Below are positions 28,886 to 39,764 of a stretch of 64,000 bases of DNA, one piece after another; position 1 is the first letter of the stretch; every line of letters starts with the position of its first letter. The notes under the pieces were generated by a model that made no database searches, had not been told where the DNA came from, and saw only the letters and a program-made list of their open reading frames with translations. The translations under genes and the position numbers were made by a program. Origin of the DNA: a phage; sequence record PX930851.1, one strand, 5' to 3'.

Positions 28886-29449
28886 TTACCATTCCAATGC
28901 TAGTTTTTTGAGTTGTTTCTGTTCTTTTACGTTCTTAGTCACTTCTTTCAAAAAATCATCCGTGACTAATCCTTTAAGTTCTTTTAATACTAAAGGTAGT
29001 TTTCCATTTTTAGTAAGAATTGATTTATAGTTAATTGCATCATTTGTATTAACTTGATAACGCTTAGCAAGTAACTTAATAATCAATACTTCGGTGGAAT
29101 CTTCAACTAGTTTTGCCCATTTACCATATCTTTTACCACGAGGAACTGCAGCCATTAGATAATTAAAATGGGCTTCATCACTTAAGCCTGATCCAATTAA
29201 ATTCATAGCATATACAGCTGGCATGCACTCTGGAAATTGTGATAATGCATTTTCAACCATGAATTTTGAATAATCTTTTTGAGCAATAGAGCATTTAGTT
29301 TTATTATTAATAGCTCCAATTATTTCAAAAAACTCATTTTCAGCTTTTTCTTTAAAAGAATCAGCAGCGGATTGGACAGCTGTCCAATCTTTTGAATACC
29401 AAGCAACTTGATGCTCGTTTAATTGAATATCATCTTCAAATAAGCTCAT
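28886..29449 (-). CDS. 62: clamp loader small subunit gp62
   Basis: 187 aa from ATG at 29449 (overlaps gp44 stop). Confidence 0.8.
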   Translation of the reverse strand: MSLFEDDIQLNEHQVAWYSKDWTAVQSAADSFKEKAENEFFEIIGAINNKTKCSIAQKDYSKFMVENALSQFPECMPAVYAMNLIGSGLSDEAHFNYLMAAVPRGKRYGKWAKLVEDSTEVLIIKLLAKRYQVNTNDAINYKSILTKNGKLPLVLKELKGLVTDDFLKEVTKNVKEQKQLKKLALEW

Positions 29450-29450
29450 A

Positions 29451-30410
29451 TCACTTCCACTGCATTTCACATGCTAACTGAATGAAAAGATAAGCTAAAT
29501 GCAATTCAGTATTAGCTGCAATACCATGATACTGATTATTTTCGCCGACAATTTCGTACATACGAATAATACTCTGTGGAGTTACACGTGAATAGATTTC
29601 TTCGGCAAGTTTACCCACGAACCACGAATAATCGGTTGCATATTTTGGTGCTAAAGCTCTGAGTTGTTTAACATCTTTATTTTTGAGAGACTCAAGAACA
29701 TCATCAATAGCACCACGATCGTTAGTAACCAGTGATAAAATACCAGCATCCAAAACACCCTTAGATGAATAACTATCGAGCTCGCCAATAGTTTTACGAA
29801 AATCAGGAAAATTCTTTTTAACCAAAGCTGCTACAACTTTCATATCAGCTATAGCAATTCCTTCATGCTTGCAGATTTCAGTCAATCGACGAATCATCTG
29901 CTTCATCATTTCAATTTTATCTTCATCAGTTGGTTGACCGAATGTAATAACTCGGCAGCGTGACTGAAGTGGTTTAATAATACCATCAATATTGTTAGCA
30001 GTAATAATAATACTACAGTTTGAACTATAAGCTTCCATAAAGGAACGAAGATGTCGCTGAGACTCTGCTAGCCCTGAACGGTCAAATTCATCAATAACGA
30101 TTACTTTTTGACGACCATCAAATGAAGCTGCGCTGGCAAAATTAGTCAAAGGACCGCGAACGAAATCAATTTTACAATCTGACCCATTCACAAACATCAT
30201 ATCAGCATTTACATCATGACACAATGCTTTTGCTACAGTTGTTTTACCTGTTCCTGGAGAAGGAGAATGAAGAATAATATGTGGAATCTTACCTTTACTT
30301 GTAATAGATTTAAAGGTTTCTTTATCAAAGGCGGGAAGAATACATTCATCGATAGTAGATGGACGATATTTCTGTTCAAGAATGTGTTCTTTTTCATTTA
30401 CGGTAATCAT
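29451..30410 (-). CDS. 44: clamp loader ATPase gp44
   Basis: 319 aa from ATG at 30410 with SD GAGGA; Walker [10 protein letters not shown]. Confidence 0.9.
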   Translation of the reverse strand: MITVNEKEHILEQKYRPSTIDECILPAFDKETFKSITSKGKIPHIILHSPSPGTGKTTVAKALCHDVNADMMFVNGSDCKIDFVRGPLTNFASAASFDGRQKVIVIDEFDRSGLAESQRHLRSFMEAYSSNCSIIITANNIDGIIKPLQSRCRVITFGQPTDEDKIEMMKQMIRRLTEICKHEGIAIADMKVVAALVKKNFPDFRKTIGELDSYSSKGVLDAGILSLVTNDRGAIDDVLESLKNKDVKQLRALAPKYATDYSWFVGKLAEEIYSRVTPQSIIRMYEIVGENNQYHGIAANTELHLAYLFIQLACEMQWK

Positions 30411-30444
30411 AATTTCCTCATTCAAGTTTTAGTGTAAATTATAA

Positions 30445-30458
30445 AGGGCCGAAGCCCT
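30445..30458 (-). terminator. UUCG-tetraloop hairpin
   Basis: agggccgaagccct between 45 and 44. Confidence 0.45.
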
Positions 30459-30461
30459 CTA

Positions 30462-31148
30462 TTAAAAATCGTGGGTAGAATCAGCTTCAAGAGCTACTAC
30501 ATAATTCGCGTGTTCACCTTCAAATTTAGCAGCACCTTGTTTACCTTTTGCCCAGAGCAGAAGTTTATAATTTCCTGGTTGCATTTTCATATTTGCCATA
30601 TTGATAATGAAATTAAATGTATTTTCACCATCATAATCACCAAGAGTCAAAGAATATTTAACACGGGTCAGAGCAGAATCTTCTACTTTATTAAAACCGT
30701 TAATTACGATTTTACCTTCTTTTACCGTGATAGCAATTGTATCAATTTGCAGACCACGAGATACACGCAACAGTTGTTGAAGGTCTTCAGCTTTAATTTC
30801 AGTAACAACAGATGCTACCGGAAATGGAATTGGTTTATTAGGAGCAACTACTGTACTCGGATCGGCTGCTGGCCAAAAAATTGTTGAACGAGCATCAGCA
30901 ATTTTAATATTTCCATCTTCTGACTGGGAAATTTCTGCATCATCATTAACTAGCGACAGAATACCGAGAAAACCGTTCAAATCGTAAATTGCTACATCAA
31001 AATCAATAACGTCAGAAATATTTGCTTCCGCGTAAGTTGTACCATTAACTGCGCGAGTCATAATAAATTGACCGGATTTAAGCATAATGCCAGAGTTAAT
31101 AGTAGCGAAATTTTTCAAAATATTCAGTGTATCTTTAGACAGTTTCAT
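30462..31148 (-). CDS. 45: sliding clamp gp45
   Basis: 228 aa; position in 45-44-62 block. Confidence 0.9.
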   Translation of the reverse strand: MKLSKDTLNILKNFATINSGIMLKSGQFIMTRAVNGTTYAEANISDVIDFDVAIYDLNGFLGILSLVNDDAEISQSEDGNIKIADARSTIFWPAADPSTVVAPNKPIPFPVASVVTEIKAEDLQQLLRVSRGLQIDTIAITVKEGKIVINGFNKVEDSALTRVKYSLTLGDYDGENTFNFIINMANMKMQPGNYKLLLWAKGKQGAAKFEGEHANYVVALEADSTHDF

Positions 31149-31179
31149 GTAATTTCCTTCAATTCAAATGAGATTTAAT

Positions 31180-31202
31180 TTTATAACTAATTTAATAAAG
31201 CA
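31180..31202 (-). promoter_or_regulatory. possible MotA-dependent middle promoter for gene 45
   Basis: minus strand TTGCTTTAT MotA box, 10 nt, TATAAA. Confidence 0.35.
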
Positions 31203-31203
31203 A

Positions 31204-31593
31204 TTAACGATTAAAATCAGCCGCAATTGTTTCCGCAACAATTTGAGCAGCAACAATTAGACGTTCATCTGCATTACCACAATAATCATCTTCAAGGCGT
31301 TCACCACATGAAGTCATAATAAATTTAGCACCGGCGTTTAGGGATTCTGTAGTATGTTTGCGCATTAGTTCAATCCATTTATTACTTACTTCACGATCGA
31401 TAGCTTCATAATACGCATGACGAGCAGGTGCAGATTTAATTTTATTCTGAATAACTTCCATTGCGTTATCAGAAAGAGACAAAACCCATGCGCGACGAAT
31501 TTTATTTTGGTTTTGTGGATTTGATTCAGAACGCACGTGTTTTGGCTGAATATCTTTTACATCAACAGTATAATTCACAGTAATTTTAGTCAT
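31204..31593 (-). CDS. rpbA: RNA polymerase-binding protein RpbA
   Basis: 129 aa between 46 and 45. Confidence 0.65.
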
Positions 31594-31602
31594 AATACAC
31601 CT

Positions 31603-31791
31603 TTAGTCATAATAATCAGTAACAGTCCAAGCTTCATTTCTATTGGACATTATTTTTGTATATTCTGCTTTAAATGCATTCCTAAGCATAGATTCAGTAA
31701 CTATATGCTCTTCATTAGAAAAATTATTTCTCAGAATATATCGTTTTATTTCAGGAATAGTTAATAGATGCTGTCCAGTTGAATATTCCAT
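31603..31791 (-). CDS. hypothetical small protein
   Basis: 62 aa. Confidence 0.4.
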   Translation of the reverse strand: MEYSTGQHLLTIPEIKRYILRNNFSNEEHIVTESMLRNAFKAEYTKIMSNRNEAWTVTDYYD

Positions 31792-31846
31792 GTTTTTCCT
31801 CCATAGAGATTATACTCTAATAAATTAAAGCATAATCTCTTATAAA

Positions 31847-33529
31847 TTAAACCATTATAGTAAATCGACCAACTTTCTTCATTTGAAGATGCTGACCATA
31901 TTCTTGCGGGTCATGGTCTTTATGCGAAATTATAAAAACATTAGTGTTTTTCATTGAATTTATAATATTAGCTACACCTTTAATACCTTCGGCATCAAAT
32001 GACCCATCAAACACTTCATCAAGAATTAATGTACTAATACTAACACCAGATACGATAGAAGCAATATCACGCCAAGTAAATAAAAGAGCAATATCAATTC
32101 GTGCCTTTTCACCTTCACTAAATGAAGCATAACTAAAATCTTCACGACCACGGGATTTAATTGTCTCATTAAATTCTTCATCTAATGTAAACACATAATC
32201 CGCTTCCATTATTTTAAGATAATGGTTAATCTGCTTATTAAATAATGGAATGTACTTTTTAATAATAGCACCTTTAATACCAGAATCTTTGAGCATATCA
32301 GTCAAAATTCCTCGGTGGTATTTTTCCATTACTAAATTAGTTTTTGTCTTAACAATTTTATCAAGTTCTTCTTGAAGCAGTGCTATTTCATCAGCATGGT
32401 CAATAAACTCAGAAGATGCTTTTTCTATAGCCGCTTTAACTTTTTTAGCTTTATCTACCGTCGTGATTAGAGATTGCTTTTTATTGCGAATATCATTTGC
32501 CAACGACTGCTGGGTTTTAATATTATCTCGGTATTCATCAACAAGAACTTTTAAATTATCACGGTGTGTTGAAAGCTGTTCAAATGAATGCGTACATTCA
32601 GAAACTTTATCTTTAATTTTAGAAACAACTTTATCACCGGAACTTAATTGTGACAAACAGGTTGGACATAATCCACCTTCATGATACATATTAATGACTT
32701 TATTATACGAGTCAATTTTTGATTTAATTAAAAATGCTTCTTGACCGATTTTATTAAATGCATCAGTCGGGTCTTCATCTAAAACAATATTAACTAATCT
32801 TTCATTAGCTTCTTCTATTTCCGATTTTAGCGTTCTAGCTTCTTTTGCCAAATCATCATACATATTCTGCAGACGAGTAAGGTTGTCACCAGACAATTTT
32901 TTCTGGCGTTCAACGTTATCATTATATATTTTAATTTGTTGGATAATACTATCTTTTTTAACATCAAGCACTTGGTTCTGCGAATTTAATTCACGTATTA
33001 GTGCTTTATTAAGCTTATCCATTTCAGCTAATGTTCCTACCTCAAGCAGGTCTTCCACAAGCTTTCTTCGTGCAGGGGTCGACAAACCCATGAAAGGGGT
33101 ATACCCTGCTGTACCAAGGACAACAATCTGCTTGAAACTGGCATATGACATTCCGATAAGCTGTTCAAATTCTGCTTGGAAATCTTTACTGCTGGCAGAT
33201 TCATTAAGACGTGTACCGTTAACGGTGATTTCGAAAACGTTTGGTTTTTGTCCTCTTTTGATATAGTACTTTTTCTCATCATATTCCATCCACAGTTCAA
33301 CTAAAAGTTCTTTCTTATTTGTGCTGTTTATTAATTGACCTTTCTTTACATCACGAAATGGCTTACCAAAAAGCCCAAATGTGATGGCTTCTAGCATAGT
33401 AGACTTACCACCGCCATTTCGTCCAGTAATAAGAGTTTTTTGAACCTTATCTAATTGAATGTCAATAGGATTTCCACCTACTGACATTATATTTTGATAC
33501 CTAACTCGGTTTAGTTTAAAATTCTTCAC
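31847..33529 (-). CDS. 46: recombination nuclease subunit gp46 (Rad50/SbcC-like)
   Basis: 560 aa; Walker A GRNGGGKST, coiled-coil middle, zinc hook CPTC. Confidence 0.9.
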   Translation of the reverse strand: MKNFKLNRVRYQNIMSVGGNPIDIQLDKVQKTLITGRNGGGKSTMLEAITFGLFGKPFRDVKKGQLINSTNKKELLVELWMEYDEKKYYIKRGQKPNVFEITVNGTRLNESASSKDFQAEFEQLIGMSYASFKQIVVLGTAGYTPFMGLSTPARRKLVEDLLEVGTLAEMDKLNKALIRELNSQNQVLDVKKDSIIQQIKIYNDNVERQKKLSGDNLTRLQNMYDDLAKEARTLKSEIEEANERLVNIVLDEDPTDAFNKIGQEAFLIKSKIDSYNKVINMYHEGGLCPTCLSQLSSGDKVVSKIKDKVSECTHSFEQLSTHRDNLKVLVDEYRDNIKTQQSLANDIRNKKQSLITTVDKAKKVKAAIEKASSEFIDHADEIALLQEELDKIVKTKTNLVMEKYHRGILTDMLKDSGIKGAIIKKYIPLFNKQINHYLKIMEADYVFTLDEEFNETIKSRGREDFSYASFSEGEKARIDIALLFTWRDIASIVSGVSISTLILDEVFDGSFDAEGIKGVANIINSMKNTNVFIISHKDHDPQEYGQHLQMKKVGRFTIMV

Positions 33530-33741
33530 AAAAGATTCCTTTTAATGTATCTTTTAGACCATTCTATCATATCATCATAATCTAAAAAGTATTCATCAAA
33601 TTCAGCCATGCAAACAACACCTTGTGCTGTTTTTGATGTAATATAAATTATTCCAACATATCTAGAATCTTCTTCGGTATAATCAATATTTGCTATGAAT
33701 TCATCATTAATGTCAAATGTCGAAAACTTCACAATATGCAT
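33526..33741 (-). CDS. hypothetical small protein
   Basis: 72 aa from ATG at 33741. Confidence 0.4.
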   Translation of the reverse strand: MHIVKFSTFDINDEFIANIDYTEEDSRYVGIIYITSKTAQGVVCMAEFDEYFLDYDDMIEWSKRYIKRNLL

Positions 33742-33976
33742 CCTTAATACAAGATACAGCCATATCTCGTAATGATTTAGGTGTGTCATTATCTAAAATG
33801 TTGAAGTTAAAAGATACAGCCCAGTCAGTGCAGACCGTAACCTTTTTAATACAATTATCTTCAACCTCTAGCGGTTCAAACCAATATTCAATAATTTCTT
33901 TATGACCAATATCATCTTTTACTTCGCATTCAAAATGCTGACTCATCATAACATTTTTAAATTCATCAAAAGTCAT
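33713..33976 (-). CDS. hypothetical small protein
   Basis: 87 aa. Confidence 0.45.
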   Translation of the reverse strand: MTFDEFKNVMMSQHFECEVKDDIGHKEIIEYWFEPLEVEDNCIKKVTVCTDWAVSFNFNILDNDTPKSLRDMAVSCIKDAYCEVFDI

Positions 33977-34992
33977 TGTGTTGCCTCTACATATAACTGA
34001 TTTGCATATTGAATAAGTGCTTCGCGATCAGAATCAGTGATGTCTGGAATTGCATTAATGTATTCTTCCATCAACGTCTGAAGAGATTGAACTTCAACTT
34101 CTTCACTGTCATCTGACTCGACAGAGTTATCAATCTTTGACACAACTCGTAATGAATGCACAACTTTTTCTAGTTCAGATTCGAACTTCGTTAGATTTTT
34201 GTCTACTTCAGTTACTATAACACGTACTGATAGATTTGTAAAATCTTTATAGTCAATTTTTCCTTTAAATGGATAATGAATTCTACGATGCCAGGTAGTA
34301 TTGTTTGGAATAAATTCCATTCGTTCTGTTTCTGTATCAAACATCCAGAACCCACGAGGGTCATTCTCGTCACCTGCAGTTAGTGTCCATGGTGTCCCAA
34401 TATATCTGACGTTTGCAGCCTCAGAAATAGTATGGAAGTGACCAGACCACACTTCTTTATAAGTCTTAAGGAAATCAGGTTCAAGACCATGAGATTTCAT
34501 TCCTTTATAAAAATAAAATCCATTCAGTTCCCAGTGACCAACACAAAAAGAAGCAGATGAAGTTTTGATGTGTTCAAGAATTTCACCAGTATTTTCTTCA
34601 CACATCCAAGGAATTAAATCAATTAAACATCCGTCAAAATCTACTGTAGTAGGCTTATCATATACTTTAACATTAGGATATTTAGCCAAAAGCTCAGTAG
34701 AGGCATTTGGAGTTAAAGTATTTTTAAAGTGCATATCATGGTTTCCTACAATAGTATGTAGGGTAATACCAGCATCATCAAGCATTTGAACTATTTCACG
34801 AGCAAACTCCATAGTTTTATGCGTGATCGCTTTTCGCACATCAAAAATATCGCCGTATTGAATCCAGGTAGTAATTCCATTTTTCTTAGAATATTCTATT
34901 GCTTGTTTAATTCCATCCAACTGAATGGATTGAACCCACTCATCATCAGCTTTAACGCCTAAATGCCAATCACCTAAATTTAAAATTTTCAT
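33973..34992 (-). CDS. 47: recombination nuclease subunit gp47 (Mre11/SbcD-like)
   Basis: 339 aa; phosphoesterase motifs GDWHLG and GNHDMH. Confidence 0.9.
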   Translation of the reverse strand: MKILNLGDWHLGVKADDEWVQSIQLDGIKQAIEYSKKNGITTWIQYGDIFDVRKAITHKTMEFAREIVQMLDDAGITLHTIVGNHDMHFKNTLTPNASTELLAKYPNVKVYDKPTTVDFDGCLIDLIPWMCEENTGEILEHIKTSSASFCVGHWELNGFYFYKGMKSHGLEPDFLKTYKEVWSGHFHTISEAANVRYIGTPWTLTAGDENDPRGFWMFDTETERMEFIPNNTTWHRRIHYPFKGKIDYKDFTNLSVRVIVTEVDKNLTKFESELEKVVHSLRVVSKIDNSVESDDSEEVEVQSLQTLMEEYINAIPDITDSDREALIQYANQLYVEATQ

Positions 34993-35129
34993 ATATCAAG
35001 AACCGTCATTGAAATGCAAAATAAAATTATTGAAATAAATCCATCTGGAGTGCTAAAGAACCCAATCCAACATGCTCTAGTGAATAGATAAAATGCAAGA
35101 AAAAGTATCACATATCCAAGAAATATCAT
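34989..35129 (-). CDS. small hydrophobic ORF, not in track
   Basis: 46 aa MIFLGYVILFLAFYLFTRACWIGFF...; stop overlaps gp47 ATG. Confidence 0.35.
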   Translation of the reverse strand: MIFLGYVILFLAFYLFTRACWIGFFSTPDGFISIILFCISMTVLDI

Positions 35130-35152
35130 TATATCAAACTCCGTATAAAGCT

Positions 35153-35170
35153 AAAGGGCCGAAGCCCTTT
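35153..35170 (-). terminator. UUCG-tetraloop hairpin
   Basis: aaagggccgaagcccttt at alpha-gt stop. Confidence 0.45.
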
Positions 35171-36371
35171 ATTTTGTAATAATGTCAAACTGTTCTTTAA
35201 AGCAGAAGCTTGAATCTTGATGCTGATACAAAAATTCATAAGCTTTTTCACGTTCACGGTCATAAAGAGCTCGGTCAGATGACAGTTCTTTAATACGTTC
35301 AAATGTTGATTCCATGTCATTTTCATCAAACCAAACGATACCGCTATCATGAGAAATTAATGGAGTATTATCAACACGGAATTTTAAATTTTCGCCCGTA
35401 GATTTCCAAAATACCGGAATTGTTCCACATGCACCAAGCTCGAGATGAGTGTATTCTAAAGAACGTTGTAGATATTTTTTATCCAACTTACTCAACTGAT
35501 AACCAAAACCGGATTTACTCATACGTTCAAGCATTTCGCTATTTACATAACGGTCAAGAATTTGCGTTGGCAAATTAGGAGCAATTTTAATTTGGTCTAC
35601 TTGATGAAGACGATAATACTCATATGGAATTCCTTTTTCTTTAATAGGAATGAACGCAGGAGAACGTTCCAGACCTTCCATAATAGTACTTAGCCCAGCA
35701 GGTTTAAGATGTTTTTCGTGAAAATCAAACATCTGATAAAAACCTTTCCATGTAGTCGTACGACCAATCCAACGGTTGATATTCATGTTAATTTCAGAAA
35801 CATCTTTCCAGTAGGTTGATCGAACCTTCGCAATATCCATCGGAGGCTGAAAGTTATATACTGTCGGTGCTTCTTCAATATCATCAAACAGAGAAACAGT
35901 TTCTGGATACCACTCTTTCATCAGAACTTTATTAAAATCACCATTATCGGAATGGCTAAAAATAACATCAGCTCGACGAACAGTTTCTTCTAATCCCAAA
36001 TTTCGACGCAAAGAAAGAGAAGAATGGTCATGCTGATAAACTACAACACGAACCGAAGGTTTAATGTTATCAATAATTTTTTTATAGTTATTAATAGTGT
36101 CTTCTTCAACTGAAGTAGCAGGAACTGAATTGATAATTAGAATATCACAATCATTTACCAGCTTAAGTGTTTTATCATATTCTTTTGCCAATAAAACCGG
36201 AATTGAAAATGATTTATAATCATGCGCGCAATTACGAGTAAATGATTTATCTTTAGCATAAACCAAAGTTACTTCATGACCATTTTTAATAAACCAATCA
36301 CGTTGCTCAAGAGAAAATTTAGTTACACCGCAACCTTCAAGACCTCGAGCCATAAAAATACATACTTTCAT
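35169..36371 (-). CDS. a-gt: alpha-glucosyltransferase (hmC DNA)
   Basis: 400 aa; position between 55 region and 47. Confidence 0.85.
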   Translation of the reverse strand: MKVCIFMARGLEGCGVTKFSLEQRDWFIKNGHEVTLVYAKDKSFTRNCAHDYKSFSIPVLLAKEYDKTLKLVNDCDILIINSVPATSVEEDTINNYKKIIDNIKPSVRVVVYQHDHSSLSLRRNLGLEETVRRADVIFSHSDNGDFNKVLMKEWYPETVSLFDDIEEAPTVYNFQPPMDIAKVRSTYWKDVSEINMNINRWIGRTTTWKGFYQMFDFHEKHLKPAGLSTIMEGLERSPAFIPIKEKGIPYEYYRLHQVDQIKIAPNLPTQILDRYVNSEMLERMSKSGFGYQLSKLDKKYLQRSLEYTHLELGACGTIPVFWKSTGENLKFRVDNTPLISHDSGIVWFDENDMESTFERIKELSSDRALYDREREKAYEFLYQHQDSSFCFKEQFDIITK

Positions 36372-36421
36372 TTAATATCCTCTTTGTTTTGGTTTATTTT
36401 ACCAAAAATTTATAAAGCAAT

Positions 36422-36441
36422 ATAGGAGCCGAAGCTCCTAT
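36422..36441 (-). terminator. UUCG-tetraloop hairpin
   Basis: ataggagccgaagctcctat. Confidence 0.45.
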
Positions 36442-36458
36442 CCGCATAATACACCGTA

Positions 36459-36480
36459 TAGAGGCTCATTAGAGCCTCTA
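36459..36480 (-). other. 9-bp stem hairpin
   Basis: tagaggctc atta gagcctcta. Confidence 0.45.
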
Positions 36481-36611
36481 AATTTTATACGCTTATATGT
36501 TATAGTTCCTTCTGCTTTAGCTTTATCATGAGACTCTTTAAAGCGTCTCATCATTTCCTCTTTAGAGGAACGAATTTTATTATCTATTTCAGAAGTCTGG
36601 GTGTTCATCTT

Positions 36612-36818
36612 TCATAACTGCCACCATTTTTTGACTTGATAAGAATCAACCCACACTTTCATATTAGGGTCTGCTCTTACAATAGGAGGATTAACTTCTT
36701 TAATTGAACTATCATGGTATTCTTTTTCAGAAATTTTCACACAAAGATGACCATTCAAAGATTCAGTAAATCCTGCATTAATTTTAAGACGCTTGAATTT
36801 TACGTGTGTAAGCATCAA
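36612..36818 (-). CDS. hypothetical small protein
   Basis: 68 aa. Confidence 0.4.
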   Translation of the reverse strand: MMLTHVKFKRLKINAGFTESLNGHLCVKISEKEYHDSSIKEVNPPIVRADPNMKVWVDSYQVKKWWQL

Positions 36819-37101
36819 TCATATCCTCAATCTGTGATCTAGTAGTCTTCCAAAGAATACTGATGAGTTCATCGTTATATGGCTGTTTTAGAATATCCCG
36901 ACTTTTCTTGATAGCATATTCGTATTGAGCAAAATTATTATTTTCAGCTGCGATCTGAGCGTGCTTATAAAGACGATTCAGTTCGCGTTTGTTTTTAGAC
37001 AATAACTTATTTGCTTTTCTTTCTGCTTCAAGACGGTTCTTTTCTTCAATAGAAGAAATAAGCTTTTCAACTTCATCATTAATTTCGGGTTTATCAGTCA
37101 T
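36784..37101 (-). CDS. hypothetical coiled-coil protein
   Basis: 105 aa. Confidence 0.45.
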   Translation of the reverse strand: MTDKPEINDEVEKLISSIEEKNRLEAERKANKLLSKNKRELNRLYKHAQIAAENNNFAQYEYAIKKSRDILKQPYNDELISILWKTTRSQIEDMIDAYTRKIQAS

Positions 37102-37102
37102 A

Positions 37103-37321
37103 TTATTTCTCTAATATAAAATAAAAATCATCATCTGTTAAATGATACCTGTAATTTAATTCTACACCATTAGATTTAAAAGCGGTATCATACGGATTTT
37201 CTGGATCAATATCAATGTCAAGAGCTAAAACTTCCCTGAGATACATTTTAAGTAAATAGGGAATAGCTTCAACTTCAGGTATTTCTTCCAAGAATCCGGA
37301 GAGGTTAATCGTTAGCCTCAT
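37103..37321 (-). CDS. hypothetical small protein
   Basis: 72 aa. Confidence 0.45.
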
Positions 37322-37862
37322 ATAAAAAATCCAAACTAGGAGAATCGTCTACAACACTTTTCTTTTCAGCCCCCGGTGTTCTATAGGTTGATTCTTCGTA
37401 ATGCGTCATTTTATCATAGATGTCTTGAATAAAAGTTTCATCTACTAACGCAACCATATCGTCGTCACGACTGTCATAGACATTGTGAACGAAGTAACTA
37501 TATTTCTTTGCAACTTCCTTACGTTCTTTTTTAATACGCTGGACGAATGCATTAAAACAAGCTTGAGTTATATATGCATGTGGGTTTTTATATTTCGTTT
37601 CATCAAAATTGTGAAGCCCCTTAATAGAAGCTTCTATACCATCTGCAATCATTTCTTGTTTCCAAGACTGGGTGTATCCTGAAAAGTTGAAACGCTTAGA
37701 TAAGCCTTCTGCAATAAGCATAATGGCTAATCCGATAGTATCATTCTGACGAACTACTTTATTTGGGTCTTTATTATTTGCTAATTCTGTTTTCCAATCA
37801 ATAATAGCTTGTAAAAGCTCTTTATTGTTTACGTAATTATATTTAGGCTTAGTTTCTGACAT
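37305..37862 (-). CDS. 55: late-transcription sigma factor gp55
   Basis: 185 aa from ATG at 37862 ([23 protein letters not shown]...). Confidence 0.9.
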
Positions 37863-37940
37863 TTTCACCTCTTAGCTCAATTCATAGATCTATTATATCA
37901 TAATATTTGAAGATCCATCTTAAAGCATAGAGGATATCAG

Positions 37941-38210
37941 TTATCTAAGTAAACAGTATGCTTGGAATACTTTCTCCATCATCTTTTTAAATTCATGAAT
38001 ATCTATATAATGACTAGTTAGATCAGCATGATATAAAAAGTCTAAAAACTTTTCATGTGTACTAACATATTCGCTTTCATTTAATTCAGAAACATGGCTT
38101 TCCCAATATCCAACACCAGTCTTATTTGGGAAAAATGAAATTTTCATGTATTGGTCAACATAGAAAATGCCATAATTTTCAATAGTAATAGAAATATTAA
38201 TAAATTTCAT
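37941..38210 (-). CDS. hypothetical small protein
   Basis: 89 aa. Confidence 0.45.
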   Translation of the reverse strand: MKFINISITIENYGIFYVDQYMKISFFPNKTGVGYWESHVSELNESEYVSTHEKFLDFLYHADLTSHYIDIHEFKKMMEKVFQAYCLLR

Positions 38211-38422
38211 ACATTCATCAACTTAGCCGCTCCAAGAGCTGCATCTAGTGAATCAAATTGGTCAACGTATTCAATCAATTCGCCGTAATTGGCATATAAC
38301 CACCATTGGCTAAATTCATACTCAAGGATGAATCCGTTTCCTTCAATTTGAGTTAAACCATTGCCGTTTGTATTTACTTCATATCCGGCAAGACGCAAAT
38401 CGTTAATAAGAGCTTCGTTCAT
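38207..38422 (-). CDS. hypothetical small protein
   Basis: 71 aa. Confidence 0.45.
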   Translation of the reverse strand: MNEALINDLRLAGYEVNTNGNGLTQIEGNGFILEYEFSQWWLYANYGELIEYVDQFDSLDAALGAAKLMNV

Positions 38423-38424
38423 AA

Positions 38425-38751
38425 TTATACCTTAGTAATTTTCAGGTCTGCAAATTTTTTCTTGCGTTGATTTTTCATGCGACGAATAGTTTTATCGGAA
38501 ATTTCATGCTTTTGATAAGCTTTAGATTCTACACCAAAAGCTTTAACATCAAATTCTGACAAGATATATTGAACCAACAATTCACGGACAGTATTGCGTC
38601 CAATCTTCTGATCATTCTGTTTCATCGTTTGATGAAGCTCTTTTTCCCATTTATCCAAACTTTGAGGAGTTACAATATCGCCTTTTTCTAGCAAAGAAAC
38701 TACTTTATCATATGCGTAAGAATTGATGGCGTTTTTAATTTGAATAGTCAT
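38425..38751 (-). CDS. hypothetical protein
   Basis: 108 aa. Confidence 0.45.
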   Translation of the reverse strand: MTIQIKNAINSYAYDKVVSLLEKGDIVTPQSLDKWEKELHQTMKQNDQKIGRNTVRELLVQYILSEFDVKAFGVESKAYQKHEISDKTIRRMKNQRKKKFADLKITKV

Positions 38752-38789
38752 ACATTATCCTCAATTGCGTTAAAATTTTATTATCCAAA

Positions 38790-38805
38790 AAGGGCCGAAG
38801 CCCTT
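38790..38805 (-). terminator. UUCG-tetraloop hairpin
   Basis: aagggccgaagccctt. Confidence 0.45.
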
Positions 38806-39004
38806 AGCTAAACTTTTTGGCACCCTTCCAGCCTTCGTACATCATTGCGGCTGATATTAATATTGCTCCTGAGCAACTTGAATATTTGTGATTCCAAAAC
38901 CAGTTTAGAAAAACTTCGTCATCAATACCTTGGGCTATCATATTTTCAAAGAACTGACGACGAGCTTCGGCAATTCGCTGCGATAATTTAGATTCAGGAT
39001 TCAT
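38804..39004 (-). CDS. hypothetical small protein
   Basis: 66 aa. Confidence 0.4.
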   Translation of the reverse strand: MNPESKLSQRIAEARRQFFENMIAQGIDDEVFLNWFWNHKYSSCSGAILISAAMMYEGWKGAKKFS

Positions 39005-39143
39005 TTAAATTTTCCAGTTACCGTTTTCATCAATAAATTCAATCCAGTCATTTACTGACCACTTAGTTGTATCACCTTTTGGAGTAACATTTAAAGTGTA
39101 TAACCCCTGCTTAAAAAGCATTCGTTTGATATTCATATTTTCC

Positions 39144-39437
39144 TCAGCTGTAACGATAACACTCGTTTGATTTACGTTTAGCAACTCGTTGAGATGTATT
39201 ATAATCTAATTCATCGTCGATGTAAACATCTTTTTTCAACTTTCTCACTTCATTACGTAATTGACGATTTAATTCATTCTTAACCTCTGAATCAACACCT
39301 CGCATACGTCGCCATTTATCTGAACGAAAAATGTTTTCAACCATATCTTTATGACTTACACCATCAGGAGCTTTACGCTTTCCGAAATAGTCATAATCAC
39401 GTACTTTTAAATCTTTACGACGATACGTTTTACCCAT
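39144..39437 (-). CDS. hypothetical basic protein
   Basis: 98 aa from ATG at 39437 (MGKTYRRKDLK...). Confidence 0.4.
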   Translation of the reverse strand: MGKTYRRKDLKVRDYDYFGKRKAPDGVSHKDMVENIFRSDKWRRMRGVDSEVKNELNRQLRNEVRKLKKDVYIDDELDYNTSQRVAKRKSNECYRYS

Positions 39438-39606
39438 GGAGTTTAATTTCCTTAGCAACTGAACTAAATACAGCACGATCGCAAATCATCTGTTTATTCC
39501 ATTTAAGTACAGTATAATGAACATCTAGATCATCTACTGCTGTAACAATAACAATATGTCCGTTAACACGATAATACTGATCTCTTTTAATCTCTTTATC
39601 AACCAT
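39430..39606 (-). CDS. small ORF, not in track
   Basis: 58 aa MVDKEIKRDQYYRVNGHIVIVTAVDD...; follows early promoter 39637..39666. Confidence 0.3.
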   Translation of the reverse strand: MVDKEIKRDQYYRVNGHIVIVTAVDDLDVHYTVLKWNKQMICDRAVFSSVAKEIKLHG

Positions 39607-39636
39607 ATCAAATCCTCAAAGGCAATTCATATGTTA

Positions 39637-39666
39637 ATAATACCACAGTTTGAACTTCTTGTAAAC
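39637..39666 (-). promoter_or_regulatory. T4-type early promoter
   Basis: minus strand gtttac-N18-tattat preceded by tgg. Confidence 0.5.
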
Positions 39667-39747
39667 AACTTTGTGAAAATTATTTTAGGGAATGATAAGA
39701 AGGGAACGATAGCTTAGAATGGTAATATACAGAATGTGAGAAAGAAA

Positions 39748-39760
39748 GGCCCAGAGGGCC
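39748..39760 (-). other. short GC hairpin after nrdH
   Basis: ggccc aga gggcc. Confidence 0.3.
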
Positions 39761-39764
39761 CGTC

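Noticed and set aside
36441-36554. 37-aa ORF (MMRRFKESHDKAKAEG...) between alpha-gt and upstream genes
   Set aside because: It is spanned by two strong hairpins (36422..36441, 36459..36480), which suggests an RNA structural region rather than coding sequence.
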